This document shows positions 12,707 to 22,495 of a stretch of 29,206 bases of DNA, in pieces. The stretch is from a virus. Taxonomy: Duplodnaviria; Caudoviricetes. Positions within the stretch are counted from its first letter, which is position 1, and every line of letters begins with the position of its first letter. Location: IMG/VR virus record IMGVR_UViG_3300030372_002816, positions 1 through 29,206 of that record; one strand, 5' to 3'. Made by a program: the position numbers and the translations under genes. The notes beneath the pieces are model-generated. The model worked only from the letters and a program-made list of their open reading frames with translations, was not told the DNA's origin and made no database searches.

Positions 12707-15309
12707 GTCACTGTGATGGTAGAGGGATGGTTGAAACGCTCTAGGTCTGCTCCAATAGAAGAAGCCAGTGAGTAAGTGCCAGTAGCGTCATAAGACGTTG
12801 AAATTTTTTGGTATTTGAACTCTAAGGAACTGTCTGGGATTTGAACAAAATCTCCCACACTGGTTGCAAAAGCAAGGTTTATTGTGACAACATAGACAAG
12901 TTCTGTCGTAAGTGGTGAGGAATCATCACCAATATTGTCACAGGTCAAACTTATTTTATGAATACCGTTTTGCATCGGGTTGAAGTCTTGTAAATCGCAA
13001 GTCAAATCATTTGGCGGGTTGCAGGTACATTTGGGATCAGACGACCCATAGAAGTCACATGCAGCACTATTCCATGCCGCCCCAACTTCAGCCTCAGAGT
13101 AATTTGTTGTGTGTATCAACCCTCTGGTTGAAGATGTACCTGTTTTGGAAAAGGTGCTTGAACCAGGAGTACCCGAACTAACTATTACAACTGAGCCACC
13201 ATCAATCTTGCCAATGCCACGGTCATCTAAACCAAAGCCAATACAACCGCTATCAGCGCAAGCCTTTGCCTCTACACTTATCGTATTCAAAGTGCAACTG
13301 GCAGATGGTGGGTCGTAAGATGCACGCTTACAATCAATCAGTTCAAAAGAACCAAAGTTGACTGACAGTGCTGTAACTTTTGGCTGCACATCGTCAAAGC
13401 AACAAGAATTCACTGTCAGACCTGGGTTGCAGAAGCCCCCAGTATATTCTGACTCAACACAGTTACTAAATGGTGAGTCATGGGTGATTGTTTGGAAACT
13501 TGAGTTTAGACACGTTGTTTGGCAGGTAGAAGTCTGGCTTGCATTGATACTTCCCACAAATGGTGCAGATGAACTCCCATCTGACCCGCAACAATCACCT
13601 GGTTCGCCATCAAATTCTTTTGTGCATCTTGTCTGGTTGGTGTAATTTGTCTGCCCATAAAGCAGGTTGACGGGATCTTGCCATACAACTGTGTCTGATG
13701 ATATTTCATAAGTGTTGTTGCCAAAGCAATTCGCCACGCTCAATCGTAAGAACTTGCCGAATGCGTCTGGCGGGTTACAGGAAGAGCAATCATCACAGTC
13801 CAGATAATGTAAACCACGAGCGTACTCAGATGAAATGTAGTTGAAATCTTCATCATACGAATCGTTAGGATCGTCACAGGACTCAGGACAGTCGGTGTTT
13901 GCACTCTCCGTACATGGATCAGAATTTACCCAGAATCGGTAACGACAGGCCCAAAGATCCCAATCACTTGTTCCATAATCGTTGAGTGAACTTGGATGTG
14001 ATGGGCCATAGAACATGACATTTCCAGCACAGTCCTTCATTATGTTGCCGGTCGTAATGGTTTTACAACTACTCCCAATCGTATATTCCTGCGGCCCTAC
14101 ACACCCACCACCAGTCAACTTGCAGGGGACAACAGTACCGGAAAGATTGATTTTAAAAACATGGTTCGCCAGGCGACCCGTAAACTCTTTTGGAGTCAAT
14201 TCGGTGACTTGTGGTGCTTCTGTCTTATATGGATGCCCACCAGGAAGATTGCCAAGCAAACCAAACCTGTCTGCGAGATACCACTCTAGTTTTTCTATGT
14301 CATCATCTTCAATCGTTCCGCCAGCAACAATTAAGTCTCCGTATTGACCACGAAATCTTGAATCGCCGCTACCAATCGTGTTGATTTTTAACTGTTCAGA
14401 TGTGCTAATACTGTCAGTGCTGGATACATCATTTGTTGAAAAGTCCGAACCGTTTAGCCTTGCAGATACAGTGCCAGATTCTCTTTTAGCAATAACAATG
14501 TGCCATTCACCCGTTGCTAGGCTTGCCTCTTGCGCACTATTTGTTTCCGATCCGAAACATGCTTTTAAAGTTGTGCCATCAAGAATCAAACCAAAATTAT
14601 CATCACCCTGGTCAAATATTCTTCTTCTGCCCGCCGTAGCCCCAGTCTGAACTCTAAAGACAATGGCAAACCACGCATCTCCAGTATCAACATTGAGATT
14701 GGTGATATTCCCCGCAGTCATGTCACGGGGGCGAGTGCTGCTTAAAACAACCTGTTCAGTGCTAAGAATTGTTCCTGCTGATAGCGGGTTTCTTGGGTCG
14801 GTTGAATCTAACTCGACAGGGGCAAGGCACTGATCGCTTTGAACCTTAACAAAATCATCATCAGAGCCGCATGGTTTAGAGTCGCTCCAAGTTGTAATAC
14901 GATCAGTGTTAGGGCTGTCGGTAGTGCAGGATTGAGTTGTGTAACTGCTTCCACCCGCCAGCCACCACCCATCAAAAAACTCACTTAATTCGTGCGACGG
15001 ACTCCAATCAATTCCATCGCAAGTATGCAGAACCATGTTTTTGTAAGCATTCTTGTCAAGGTAAACAGCCCCGCAAGAGTCACAGTCATTTGATCCTGGT
15101 TCAGAACATCCAGTTCGACCAGTTTCAGTGCATTCATAATCTCTTGGGTCAATCGCACCGCACCCATGGTCAGTAGAACGATAATCGTATGGATCACTTG
15201 ATCCACATTCACACCCAAGCGAATTGTCAGTGCAACGTGGTGCTATTTCAAACTGAACGTATTCATTCTCAGTGCCGCAACAACAAACTGTTTGTATCGA
15301 ACTGGTCAT
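12703..15309 (-). CDS. Large Cys-rich tail-tip protein with an internal LamG-like domain (868 aa)
   Basis: Begins VCCCG; about 46 Cys; internal domain ends DIEKLEWYLADRFGLLGNLPGGHPYKT. Confidence 0.85.
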   Translation of the reverse strand: MTSSIQTVCCCGTENEYVQFEIAPRCTDNSLGCECGSSDPYDYRSTDHGCGAIDPRDYECTETGRTGCSEPGSNDCDSCGAVYLDKNAYKNMVLHTCDGIDWSPSHELSEFFDGWWLAGGSSYTTQSCTTDSPNTDRITTWSDSKPCGSDDDFVKVQSDQCLAPVELDSTDPRNPLSAGTILSTEQVVLSSTRPRDMTAGNITNLNVDTGDAWFAIVFRVQTGATAGRRRIFDQGDDNFGLILDGTTLKACFGSETNSAQEASLATGEWHIVIAKRESGTVSARLNGSDFSTNDVSSTDSISTSEQLKINTIGSGDSRFRGQYGDLIVAGGTIEDDDIEKLEWYLADRFGLLGNLPGGHPYKTEAPQVTELTPKEFTGRLANHVFKINLSGTVVPCKLTGGGCVGPQEYTIGSSCKTITTGNIMKDCAGNVMFYGPSHPSSLNDYGTSDWDLWACRYRFWVNSDPCTESANTDCPESCDDPNDSYDEDFNYISSEYARGLHYLDCDDCSSCNPPDAFGKFLRLSVANCFGNNTYEISSDTVVWQDPVNLLYGQTNYTNQTRCTKEFDGEPGDCCGSDGSSSAPFVGSINASQTSTCQTTCLNSSFQTITHDSPFSNCVESEYTGGFCNPGLTVNSCCFDDVQPKVTALSVNFGSFELIDCKRASYDPPSASCTLNTISVEAKACADSGCIGFGLDDRGIGKIDGGSVVIVSSGTPGSSTFSKTGTSSTRGLIHTTNYSEAEVGAAWNSAACDFYGSSDPKCTCNPPNDLTCDLQDFNPMQNGIHKISLTCDNIGDDSSPLTTELVYVVTINLAFATSVGDFVQIPDSSLEFKYQKISTSYDATGTYSLASSIGADLERFNHPSTITVT

Positions 15310-15839
15310 GTGCAGGAAACACTGATCGCGTTTTCAGCCTGAAAGAAGAAAACTTGTTTTCCATCGTCAGAAGTCGCAGGCCACATAATGACAATGCTTC
15401 CGGTCCTGATGGGAACAATGGACAATGTGCTTCCAGACGGACTGCCTGAACCAACGCCAACGCCAGGATTAATCTCGGTAGAAGTGTTGTTTACTTCCAT
15501 AAGGTTCATGGCATAAACAGTTCCGCCACCTTCTTCCGCCCCCCAACCAACCTCCCTAGCCTCAAAATCACCATCAGCCAAGTTTGACCAGTTGACTGGA
15601 TCAACATGATCGAACTCATACTTGTATTGGTTTGTTCCAAGACTAGCGTTGCCAGTGATCTCAGCAAAAAAGAACCGACCTGGAAGAATGGTCTGCCGCA
15701 AATCTAGTTTGGTGGCATTCCGCAAACCGTTGATGCTGGCGTTGGAACCCTCAAACGCTTGGAGCATCGTCATCAAACGACTCCACAATCCGGGCGTAAG
15801 TTTGCCAAGCCCATTTGAGATGGATGGATACTGTGACAT
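15306..15839 (-). CDS. Putative tail-tip protein (177 aa)
   Basis: TAATG coupling favours ATG 15839 (MSQYPSIS) over 15899; lies after the post-TMP gene. Confidence 0.75.
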   Translation of the reverse strand: MSQYPSISNGLGKLTPGLWSRLMTMLQAFEGSNASINGLRNATKLDLRQTILPGRFFFAEITGNASLGTNQYKYEFDHVDPVNWSNLADGDFEAREVGWGAEEGGGTVYAMNLMEVNNTSTEINPGVGVGSGSPSGSTLSIVPIRTGSIVIMWPATSDDGKQVFFFQAENAISVSCT

Positions 15840-16690
15840 TAGAAGGGTGCAACCCCAAGAACCGCAAACATGGTTTCCTGCGGGAACGGTTGTCTCCAAA
15901 CCACGGTCTTAGCAACGGTGCTTTTGTCTGAGCCTGAGCCGACTTCTTTCTTTACAACCTCACCATTTGGATATCGCTTGGGAACTTGTCGCTGGTGCTT
16001 GATCGGGTCGTAGGTGAATCTGTAACGCATGGTGTAGGTGTTGGAACCTTCACGCGAGAGGTTTGCACCCTCAAACAGCATGAATCCAGGTGGGACACCC
16101 ATGAATGTGTCTCTGTTTCGAGTGCCAGCCAAGAACCGAGCAACCGTCAACTCAAAAGAAGGGAAGTAAGAGAACCTGCGAGTGATTTCTGTTGATTGAG
16201 TTGTGATAAACCTAGTTACAGGTTCACCCGCAACATCAACTGGTTTGCCCCCAATGTTATCACTGTCTTTGATAGCACCATCATCGGCTTCTGCTGGTTG
16301 CTCATTTTCAAACGGCCCAACACGCCAAGTGTCTAAGAACAAGACTTCGATATCAGAGTTAATCTGGTCAAACTGCCCGCCAGTCTCACCCCCACCATCA
16401 TTGATGACTTGATCAGGCTTGTAGACCGCTTCGACATCCCATTGGAACGTGCCTTCGTCCGAACTGTTGACGTTGTAGGTGGTCAGATATAGACCGGGTT
16501 CTTCAGGCAACTCCTGGTTGTACGCCATGCCGGTCGCGTTGAAGATGGCGGTGAAGTCAACTGGGTAATCTGGAGTTTCGCCATCATCAGGAAGCACTTG
16601 TTTGACAATGAAACTACGTCGCAACTCTCTTGATTCAGACGTAACGCCCAGGGAACGTGACTTCTCAAAAACTTCGTATGAAACTGTCAT
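15839..16690 (-). CDS. Putative distal tail/hub protein (283 aa)
   Basis: Immediately downstream of TMP, ATGA-coupled; beta-rich; function by position only. Confidence 0.75.
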   Translation of the reverse strand: MTVSYEVFEKSRSLGVTSESRELRRSFIVKQVLPDDGETPDYPVDFTAIFNATGMAYNQELPEEPGLYLTTYNVNSSDEGTFQWDVEAVYKPDQVINDGGGETGGQFDQINSDIEVLFLDTWRVGPFENEQPAEADDGAIKDSDNIGGKPVDVAGEPVTRFITTQSTEITRRFSYFPSFELTVARFLAGTRNRDTFMGVPPGFMLFEGANLSREGSNTYTMRYRFTYDPIKHQRQVPKRYPNGEVVKKEVGSGSDKSTVAKTVVWRQPFPQETMFAVLGVAPF

Positions 16691-18999
16691 GTCAAAATGC
16701 TTCCCAAACCTTTGGTGTTCTTAGCGATTTCTTGAGTTGCCTTTGCAGTCTCTTCTGATGCCTTCATTGTACGCTTCTGGCTGGTTTCTGCAAACGGATC
16801 AACCTTTACCGCACCAAGAGCGGTCTGCAATGAGTCGGTGAAACCCTGAGTTGGATCTTCAAGATCATCTCCCCTTGCAGTCGTAAGTAAGTCTTGTCTC
16901 AAAGCCTCACTAAATTCAGCGAACTCACCTGGAGCCAACCGACCTTGAACTCTTGCCATCTCCAGTTGATCGAAGAGGGTTACAAATTGATCCACCACCG
17001 AATTAGTCAGAGTGTCAGAATCTAGGATTGCTCTGTCGCCCTCACTACCGACCTTGAATCCGGCAAGTTCTGAAATGAAGTCCCGTTCTGACAATGTTGC
17101 GGACATATCACCTATGAAACCCTGAAGTTCAGAGAAGTCAGGTGGCTCGGCTGCTGTAAAGGCTCCCGCTTCTTTCAGCAAGTTGTCAGCGATTGCATTC
17201 CCAACACTTTCGTCAAGGAAGCCCCCCCTCACCGCCGAACCAACGTCCTCTAACTTGCCTACGAGTTCATCAAGATTTTCTAGCGAGATTTCAGCGTTGA
17301 CCAAGTTTTGAACCAGGTCTTGTGCTAAGAAACCATCAAACTCCTTGCTAACCTGAGCAAGAGTCGCAGGAATCTTCATCAGTTCTTCTTGAACGTCAGG
17401 GAACTGGTTGAACAAGGTTTTGATTTCTGGATCTTTGACCAACCCACCACCCAGGTCTGGTGTACCAGTTCTGCTTGGATCTTCTGGGGCTTCTGGCGGT
17501 TTGAAACCTTCAAACTTCTCGCGGATACGTTCAAAGTTGTTACCTAAGTTCTCAATGAAGTCAGTTGTTGCGTTGCCAGCACCATCAGCCACATTGTCGA
17601 ATGAGTCGGCAATCTGGGAGCCGAGATCATCCATCATAATTTTCATGGCCTCTGCTTCAATTTCCATCTCAAGAGCAAAAGATCCGTCGCCTACGCCAAG
17701 TGCATTGAGTCCTTCAGCAAGAGTCTGCATAACTTTACTAATGCCAAAAGTAATCGCTGCAAGAATGACTCCTACAATCCTGAATGCTGACAAGAAAATA
17801 TCAACCGCACCAGTGATAGAGTTGACGTTTTTCATTATTACGGCAGAAGCGTCAAGCACGCCAGCAACACCAGCCAGCATATTTTTTGCCAATGCTGCTC
17901 CTGCCTCTTCTGTGAACCCCATTTCGTGTCTGAAGTCTTTCATAAACTCAACAGTAGTTTTTAGCGAGTTCGTGATTTCTTCAAACGCACCGACAATGAA
18001 CGGGGCAAAAGTTTCACCCAAAGAGTTGATCAGACCGTCAGCAGCAGAACGCAGACGAACAAAAGCACCCTCTGTCTTAGACAGGACTTTCTCAGCAAAG
18101 TTTTTCGATGTACCAGCGGCCTTTACAAGTTCGTCATTGATGTCAAGAATTTCACCAGTCACTTCTCTGAGTGAACCAACAGAACGACCGGCAATCCGGT
18201 TCAATTCCGTCATCAGTTGGTCAGCAGTCTTGCCTGACTTCGCCAATTTGTCCAGCGCACCAATAAGCCCTTGCTCTCTGATTTCAGTACCAAGTTCTGC
18301 AATGACCGCAGCAAACGCACGACCAGAACGACCAGACACAACACCAACATTTGCAAACGCAGCAAGAACAGCAACAGTTTCTTCCAGGGAGAAGCCCATG
18401 TTCTTAGCAAGGGGACCAGCGTAGGTAAGTGCTTCTCCCAACTCTTGAACTGTTGTTGCTGAGACAGATGCACCCTTCGCAAGAACGTCAGCCGCTCTTT
18501 CTGTCTCTGCGACACCCAACCCAAACTGGTTCAGAGTCACACCAGCAAGACGGGCTGCTTCGTCCAACTCCAAAGTTCCAACAACCGCCAAGTCCAGAAC
18601 CTTCGGGAGCATGAACATGGTTTGGGTGGTTGTCCGACCCTGTTGGGCCAACTTCACCATTGCCTCTGCCGCTTCTGATGCGGTAAATGCAGTAGTGATA
18701 CCCATGCGTTCCGCAGTTGCTTTTAGAGCGTTGAAGTCTTTTTCAGTCCCGTTGGTTAGTGCCTGAACCCGTAATAGGTTGGCTTCAAACGTAGCAAACC
18801 TCTTTGTCGCAGCCACCATACCTGCGCCTATAAGACCAACCCCGATTGCTGCTCTCTTGCCCATCTGGATGAAACTGGCGGACATCCGTTTGGCATCTCT
18901 ACGCATCCGTCTAAGATCACGACGAATCTTCCGCATCTTGCGGACAAAGCCTGATACGCGAGCCCCGATCTCAATATGTAGTGCTTTGATGCTTGCCAC
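16687..18999 (-). CDS. Tail tape measure protein, TP901 family (770 aa)
   Basis: FTASEAAEAMVKLAQQG, ADVLAK, TTVQELGEALTYAGPLA...GFSLEET. Confidence 0.95.
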   Translation of the reverse strand: MASIKALHIEIGARVSGFVRKMRKIRRDLRRMRRDAKRMSASFIQMGKRAAIGVGLIGAGMVAATKRFATFEANLLRVQALTNGTEKDFNALKATAERMGITTAFTASEAAEAMVKLAQQGRTTTQTMFMLPKVLDLAVVGTLELDEAARLAGVTLNQFGLGVAETERAADVLAKGASVSATTVQELGEALTYAGPLAKNMGFSLEETVAVLAAFANVGVVSGRSGRAFAAVIAELGTEIREQGLIGALDKLAKSGKTADQLMTELNRIAGRSVGSLREVTGEILDINDELVKAAGTSKNFAEKVLSKTEGAFVRLRSAADGLINSLGETFAPFIVGAFEEITNSLKTTVEFMKDFRHEMGFTEEAGAALAKNMLAGVAGVLDASAVIMKNVNSITGAVDIFLSAFRIVGVILAAITFGISKVMQTLAEGLNALGVGDGSFALEMEIEAEAMKIMMDDLGSQIADSFDNVADGAGNATTDFIENLGNNFERIREKFEGFKPPEAPEDPSRTGTPDLGGGLVKDPEIKTLFNQFPDVQEELMKIPATLAQVSKEFDGFLAQDLVQNLVNAEISLENLDELVGKLEDVGSAVRGGFLDESVGNAIADNLLKEAGAFTAAEPPDFSELQGFIGDMSATLSERDFISELAGFKVGSEGDRAILDSDTLTNSVVDQFVTLFDQLEMARVQGRLAPGEFAEFSEALRQDLLTTARGDDLEDPTQGFTDSLQTALGAVKVDPFAETSQKRTMKASEETAKATQEIAKNTKGLGSILT

Positions 19000-19002
19000 G
19001 GT

Positions 19003-19287
19003 TTAGCCCTTGGATTTTGACATGCCCATAAGAATCGCCTTCATTTCATCAAGCGTCTGTTCTTTCTTCGGCAACCACGGCATAAACTGTTCCGGCTTGA
19101 AAGCGGTAGAGTTCTTGGCTCTGTGGGCATTTGCAATAACAGATGTCTGGATGGCTAATCCAGCATCTACCCGCTCAGGCCCAATGGGACTGATTCTGTC
19201 ATACGCCATGAATAAGGCTAGATCATGGCTGCTCATGCTTCGGATTTCAGAGAGGGGTTGTCCAAGTGCCAGTGCCAACTTGAGCAT
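19003..19287 (-). CDS. Tail assembly chaperone C-terminal (gpT-like) frame, probably expressed as a G-T fusion
   Basis: LALALGQPLSEIRSMSS..L..FMAYDRISPIG.ER.D; frame open upstream to the slippery site. Confidence 0.85.
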   Translation of the reverse strand: MLKLALALGQPLSEIRSMSSHDLALFMAYDRISPIGPERVDAGLAIQTSVIANAHRAKNSTAFKPEQFMPWLPKKEQTLDEMKAILMGMSKSKG

Positions 19288-19310
19288 GAACAGGAGTGTT
19301 GGCCTGGCTT

Positions 19311-19655
19311 TTATTCCCCCTCAAGATCCTCAATATCTTGACTGCTAAATCCGTTGAGTTTGGAGCAAGCACCGAATACTTTGTCTACCGCAGCAGCAGA
19401 CTTGCGACCCAGAGCCTCTGCATCACCATCGGTGAACAGCCGCTCGCCAGCCTCATCGCACGCACAAAGCACGACAAGACGAGCCCGGATGTTGGATAGG
19501 TTCTGTTTCTTACCAGTCCCCACACAACTTGCCTCAAACTTGTCACGTTCAGAGGCAGTCAGCATTCGGATATAGAGTGACCCGCCCCATTCAGGGACTT
19601 CTACCACTTCTGGTTTCAGGTCAACGACATTGAGGATTGAATCTCGATCAAGCAT
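19311..19655 (-). CDS. Tail assembly chaperone (gpG-like)
   Basis: EVVEVPEWGGSLYIRMLTASERDKFE...LCACDEAGERLF. Confidence 0.9.
   Translation of the reverse strand: MLDRDSILNVVDLKPEVVEVPEWGGSLYIRMLTASERDKFEASCVGTGKKQNLSNIRARLVVLCACDEAGERLFTDGDAEALGRKSAAAVDKVFGACSKLNGFSSQDIEDLEGE
19314..19320 (-). other. Programmed -1 frameshift site GGGGGAA
   Basis: GAG GGG GAA TAA; the -1 frame reads GIKARPTLLFMLKLALALG into the T frame. Confidence 0.75.
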
Positions 19656-20083
19656 TAAGCAGCATCCGTAGTAATTGCTTTGACAATCTTGAGCGTCACG
19701 CTCGCAGTCTCGGCTTCGTCCATAGCAATATTATTACTAAAACTCTGGACAATGCAAGTACCTGAGAAAGTCAAAGGATCACCACCGCCACCTTCTGTTG
19801 TGATCTCGGCAAAATCAATTACCCATGCGTTTTCAGCACCACTGGACACCGCTGCTTCAATCAAAACCTGACCAGCATCATTGTTGTCAAAGTTCAACTC
19901 CAGGGTGATTTCACCCGGATCGAACATACCCGCAGTAAATGTACGAGCAGTAGTTGTGCCAAGATTGGTCGTGTCTATTGTGCTACGCTCAAAATTTGGC
20001 CCAGAGATGGAAATTACCTCTCCAACAGTAGTTGGGCCTGAACCAAATTTGAAAACAGCACCATTGCCAATTCTAATTGCCAT
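19655..20083 (-). CDS. Tail tube protein, copy 2 (142 aa)
   Basis: VGEVISISGPNFERSTIDTTNL...GMFDPGEITLELNF...ASVTLKI. Confidence 0.88.
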   Translation of the reverse strand: MAIRIGNGAVFKFGSGPTTVGEVISISGPNFERSTIDTTNLGTTTARTFTAGMFDPGEITLELNFDNNDAGQVLIEAAVSSGAENAWVIDFAEITTEGGGGDPLTFSGTCIVQSFSNNIAMDEAETASVTLKIVKAITTDAA

Positions 20084-20094
20084 TTAGTTTTTCC

Positions 20095-20547
20095 TTATGC
20101 ACTCAATGTTACGTCACCGCTGACCTTGATGGTCACGGACATGGTTACAACTTCATCCACAGCATTGTTGATACTGAGGCCAGTGATGATTCCAGAGAAA
20201 GACATTGTGTCTGTTGCTGCAAGAGTAATAACTGCTGTTCGTGCAGTTCCAGCAATCATGTCATTCAAAAGTTCCTCATGTTTTACATCATCAGCGGGAC
20301 TCAGGCTATGAACCAATCCACACTGGAGTTCCAGGGTTACTTCTCCCGAATCAGCAAACCCACCAAGGAATGCACGGGTCGGGGTGGCTTGGGTGGTGTC
20401 ATCCGCGACATTGTGCGTTTGGGTGCTACCCAAGGTGGTTACATCAACAATGTTTCGCTCTTGGGACGGGCCACTGATCGACATGATCTGCCCAACCGTG
20501 TTGCTGTTCCACAGAAACGATGCTCCGTTTCCAAGTGTTGCTGTCAT
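20095..20547 (-). CDS. Tail tube protein, copy 1 (150 aa)
   Basis: VGQIMSISGPSQERNIVDVTTL...GFADSGEVTLEL...MSVTIKVSG. Confidence 0.85.
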   Translation of the reverse strand: MTATLGNGASFLWNSNTVGQIMSISGPSQERNIVDVTTLGSTQTHNVADDTTQATPTRAFLGGFADSGEVTLELQCGLVHSLSPADDVKHEELLNDMIAGTARTAVITLAATDTMSFSGIITGLSINNAVDEVVTMSVTIKVSGDVTLSA

Positions 20548-20548
20548 A

Positions 20549-20998
20549 TTATGAATCCTCTGGCCTGTATGAAATCAGGAATGAAAAACGTCTGGTGTAT
20601 GTGCCAGTTCTGCCGCCATCGACAGGTGGGCTGTATTCAATTCGGTCATCGGTATGGGTAATACCCAGAATCTTGACATTGACGAGTCCCCCATCCGTAA
20701 TGAACACGTTTCCACGCCCCCCAGACAGGTTTCTACGGACATATTCGCCCAACTTTGTTGCGTCCGAGTAACTTTCTGCGATGCAGTAAATGTCCACATC
20801 CGACTGGATAAGGTTGTTTCTACCGTCAAGATTCCGCTTGGGATCAGACCCGCTAATCTCGTACATAATCGCTGGCAGGGCTAACTCTTGATCCAAAGCG
20901 ACAGGACTGATCCTGGTGGAAACCATGCCATTGATGTCTGAATCGTTCTTCAGTTTGGTGAACAGGGCAGGCTCTAATCGTACTTCCATCGACATCAA
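20549..20998 (-). CDS. Tail terminator/completion protein (DUF3168/gp17-like)
   Basis: VSTRISP......LPAIMY...DIYCIAESYSDA; gene position. Confidence 0.85.
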   Translation of the reverse strand: MMSMEVRLEPALFTKLKNDSDINGMVSTRISPVALDQELALPAIMYEISGSDPKRNLDGRNNLIQSDVDIYCIAESYSDATKLGEYVRRNLSGGRGNVFITDGGLVNVKILGITHTDDRIEYSPPVDGGRTGTYTRRFSFLISYRPEDS

Positions 20999-21510
20999 CG
21001 ACCACCTATACCCTTTTTCATCCGCTTCCTAGTTACCTTGACCATCTCTCTTGCAAAGTTTACCGGAATCTGTTTCTCCAACTTTTCGATAGCACCAGTC
21101 AGATAATGACCAGGTTTTGTTGCTCCAATTCTGACTGAGTATTTCCGCCCATTAAATCCTCTAATCCGCATCAGGAAGGATCTGCGTCCAAACTCCATAA
21201 TCGCAGCCAGTTTGAATCTGGGGTTTTTGGGCTTTCCGATAGCAACACCAACCATGCCCACAATCTCTTTGGTGATTTTATGGACTGGCTTTCCGGTGTT
21301 GATAGCCTTTTTGAGTTCACCCCTTGCACCACCACCAGGACCGGGGGCTCTTCTTTGAGCCTCTTTCCGAACTGGCGTTAGCGCAACCTTTTGCAAAGCA
21401 CGCTTCAAAGCCTTGTCACGATCAATGTTCTCGACTTGGGATATTGCCCTAGCAAGACGATCAAAGGCCTTCATATCTACATTGATACCAAGATCAGCCG
21501 CTTTCCCCAT
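20995..21510 (-). CDS. HK97 gp10-like neck protein
   Basis: Basic; AQRRAP..GELKKAI, IMEFG, YLTGA; gene position. Confidence 0.8.
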   Translation of the reverse strand: MGKAADLGINVDMKAFDRLARAISQVENIDRDKALKRALQKVALTPVRKEAQRRAPGPGGGARGELKKAINTGKPVHKITKEIVGMVGVAIGKPKNPRFKLAAIMEFGRRSFLMRIRGFNGRKYSVRIGATKPGHYLTGAIEKLEKQIPVNFAREMVKVTRKRMKKGIGGR

Positions 21511-21827
21511 CAGACGATCTCCAGTGCCATGATGTCCAACTGCTCATCGAGTTCTTCTCGATTCAAGACCTGAACTACTTCAAAGATTCGTGTCCCAAAC
21601 TTGATACGGGTGGTGGGGGTGATATCCGTTCTGTATCGAACGCTGATCTTGTGGGTGATTCTTGCTTTGGTCTGGTTAGCGTCTTGCAACTCTGTCTCTT
21701 TGGTGGGAACAACCCTAGCCCAACAGGTATCACCATCACTAAATGAGTGATCGCGTTCGCCCATTGCATCTACCGTTACAGACGAATTCTGCACGGTTAT
21801 TCGATGTCTCAGCATCCCTGCACGCAT
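21510..21827 (-). CDS. Head closure / head-tail adaptor (SPP1 gp16-like)
   Basis: MRAGMLRHRITVQ...WARV...THKISVRYRTDIT...RI. Confidence 0.92.
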   Translation of the reverse strand: MRAGMLRHRITVQNSSVTVDAMGERDHSFSDGDTCWARVVPTKETELQDANQTKARITHKISVRYRTDITPTTRIKFGTRIFEVVQVLNREELDEQLDIMALEIV

Positions 21828-22492
21828 TAGAAAGCCCTTTGTGTCTGGTACTGGGCCAAGATTCGGTCTACGCCATGAGGAACAATCTGCATCTTTACAG
21901 GATCGACTGCTTCCCGATGCTCATACCAGTGAGCAACCAGCATTTTGACCGCCAACTTCAAAGGCTCTACCTCAATACCAGTGATAGGGCTCGACACACC
22001 AATGCCAGCCTTGTAAGTCACCACGATTGCACCGTCTTGATCCGCCAGCGAAGGCCACTGTTTGTTTTGCTTGAGAGCGAGTCTGGGGATCAGGGTTCCA
22101 GATGCAGGAACAACATAGTTTTCTGCTGCAAACGTCTGGGCTGCTCCGTCTGAGTCTGTGTAGGTCACAGTCAAGTCAGAAGCACTTCCGTAGTAGAACG
22201 GACCAAACGGGAGAGAGAGAGAGTCCCAGGTCGGGACGAGGTTGTATCTCACAGTCAGCGTGGTTCTAAGCATCCGCAGTTTGGTGACGTTCTCAACATA
22301 TTTAACTGCTGCTGTTTGCAAGGCAGCAATCAGAGTGTCATCGTCACTCAAGTCAACCCGTGACCAGTCCTTCAAATCGCTAGTAGCAACGAAAGGGCCA
22401 GCCTCAGTATCGGCTTCTGTCAGGGAATAGATTGTTTGAACCTGCTGCTGAAGTGACAGGTCATTCAACAAATGGGGTTCTAATGAAGGCAT
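21827..22492 (-). CDS. Head-tail connector (HK97 gp6 / phiE125 gp8-like)
   Basis: LKDWSRVD..DDDTLI..L..AA..YVE, LKLAVKMLVAHWYEHRE; exact start uncertain. Confidence 0.9.
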   Translation of the reverse strand: MPSLEPHLLNDLSLQQQVQTIYSLTEADTEAGPFVATSDLKDWSRVDLSDDDTLIAALQTAAVKYVENVTKLRMLRTTLTVRYNLVPTWDSLSLPFGPFYYGSASDLTVTYTDSDGAAQTFAAENYVVPASGTLIPRLALKQNKQWPSLADQDGAIVVTYKAGIGVSSPITGIEVEPLKLAVKMLVAHWYEHREAVDPVKMQIVPHGVDRILAQYQTQRAF

Positions 22493-22495
22493 AAA

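Noticed and set aside
10780-14700. Diversity-generating retroelement or invertible tail-fibre cassette
   Set aside because: Paralogous domains are diverged throughout rather than at adenines only; no reverse transcriptase or invertase
10532-18424. Long plus-strand ORFs (10871..11620, 11724..12230, 17408..18424 and others)
   Set aside because: Antisense shadows of well-supported structural genes
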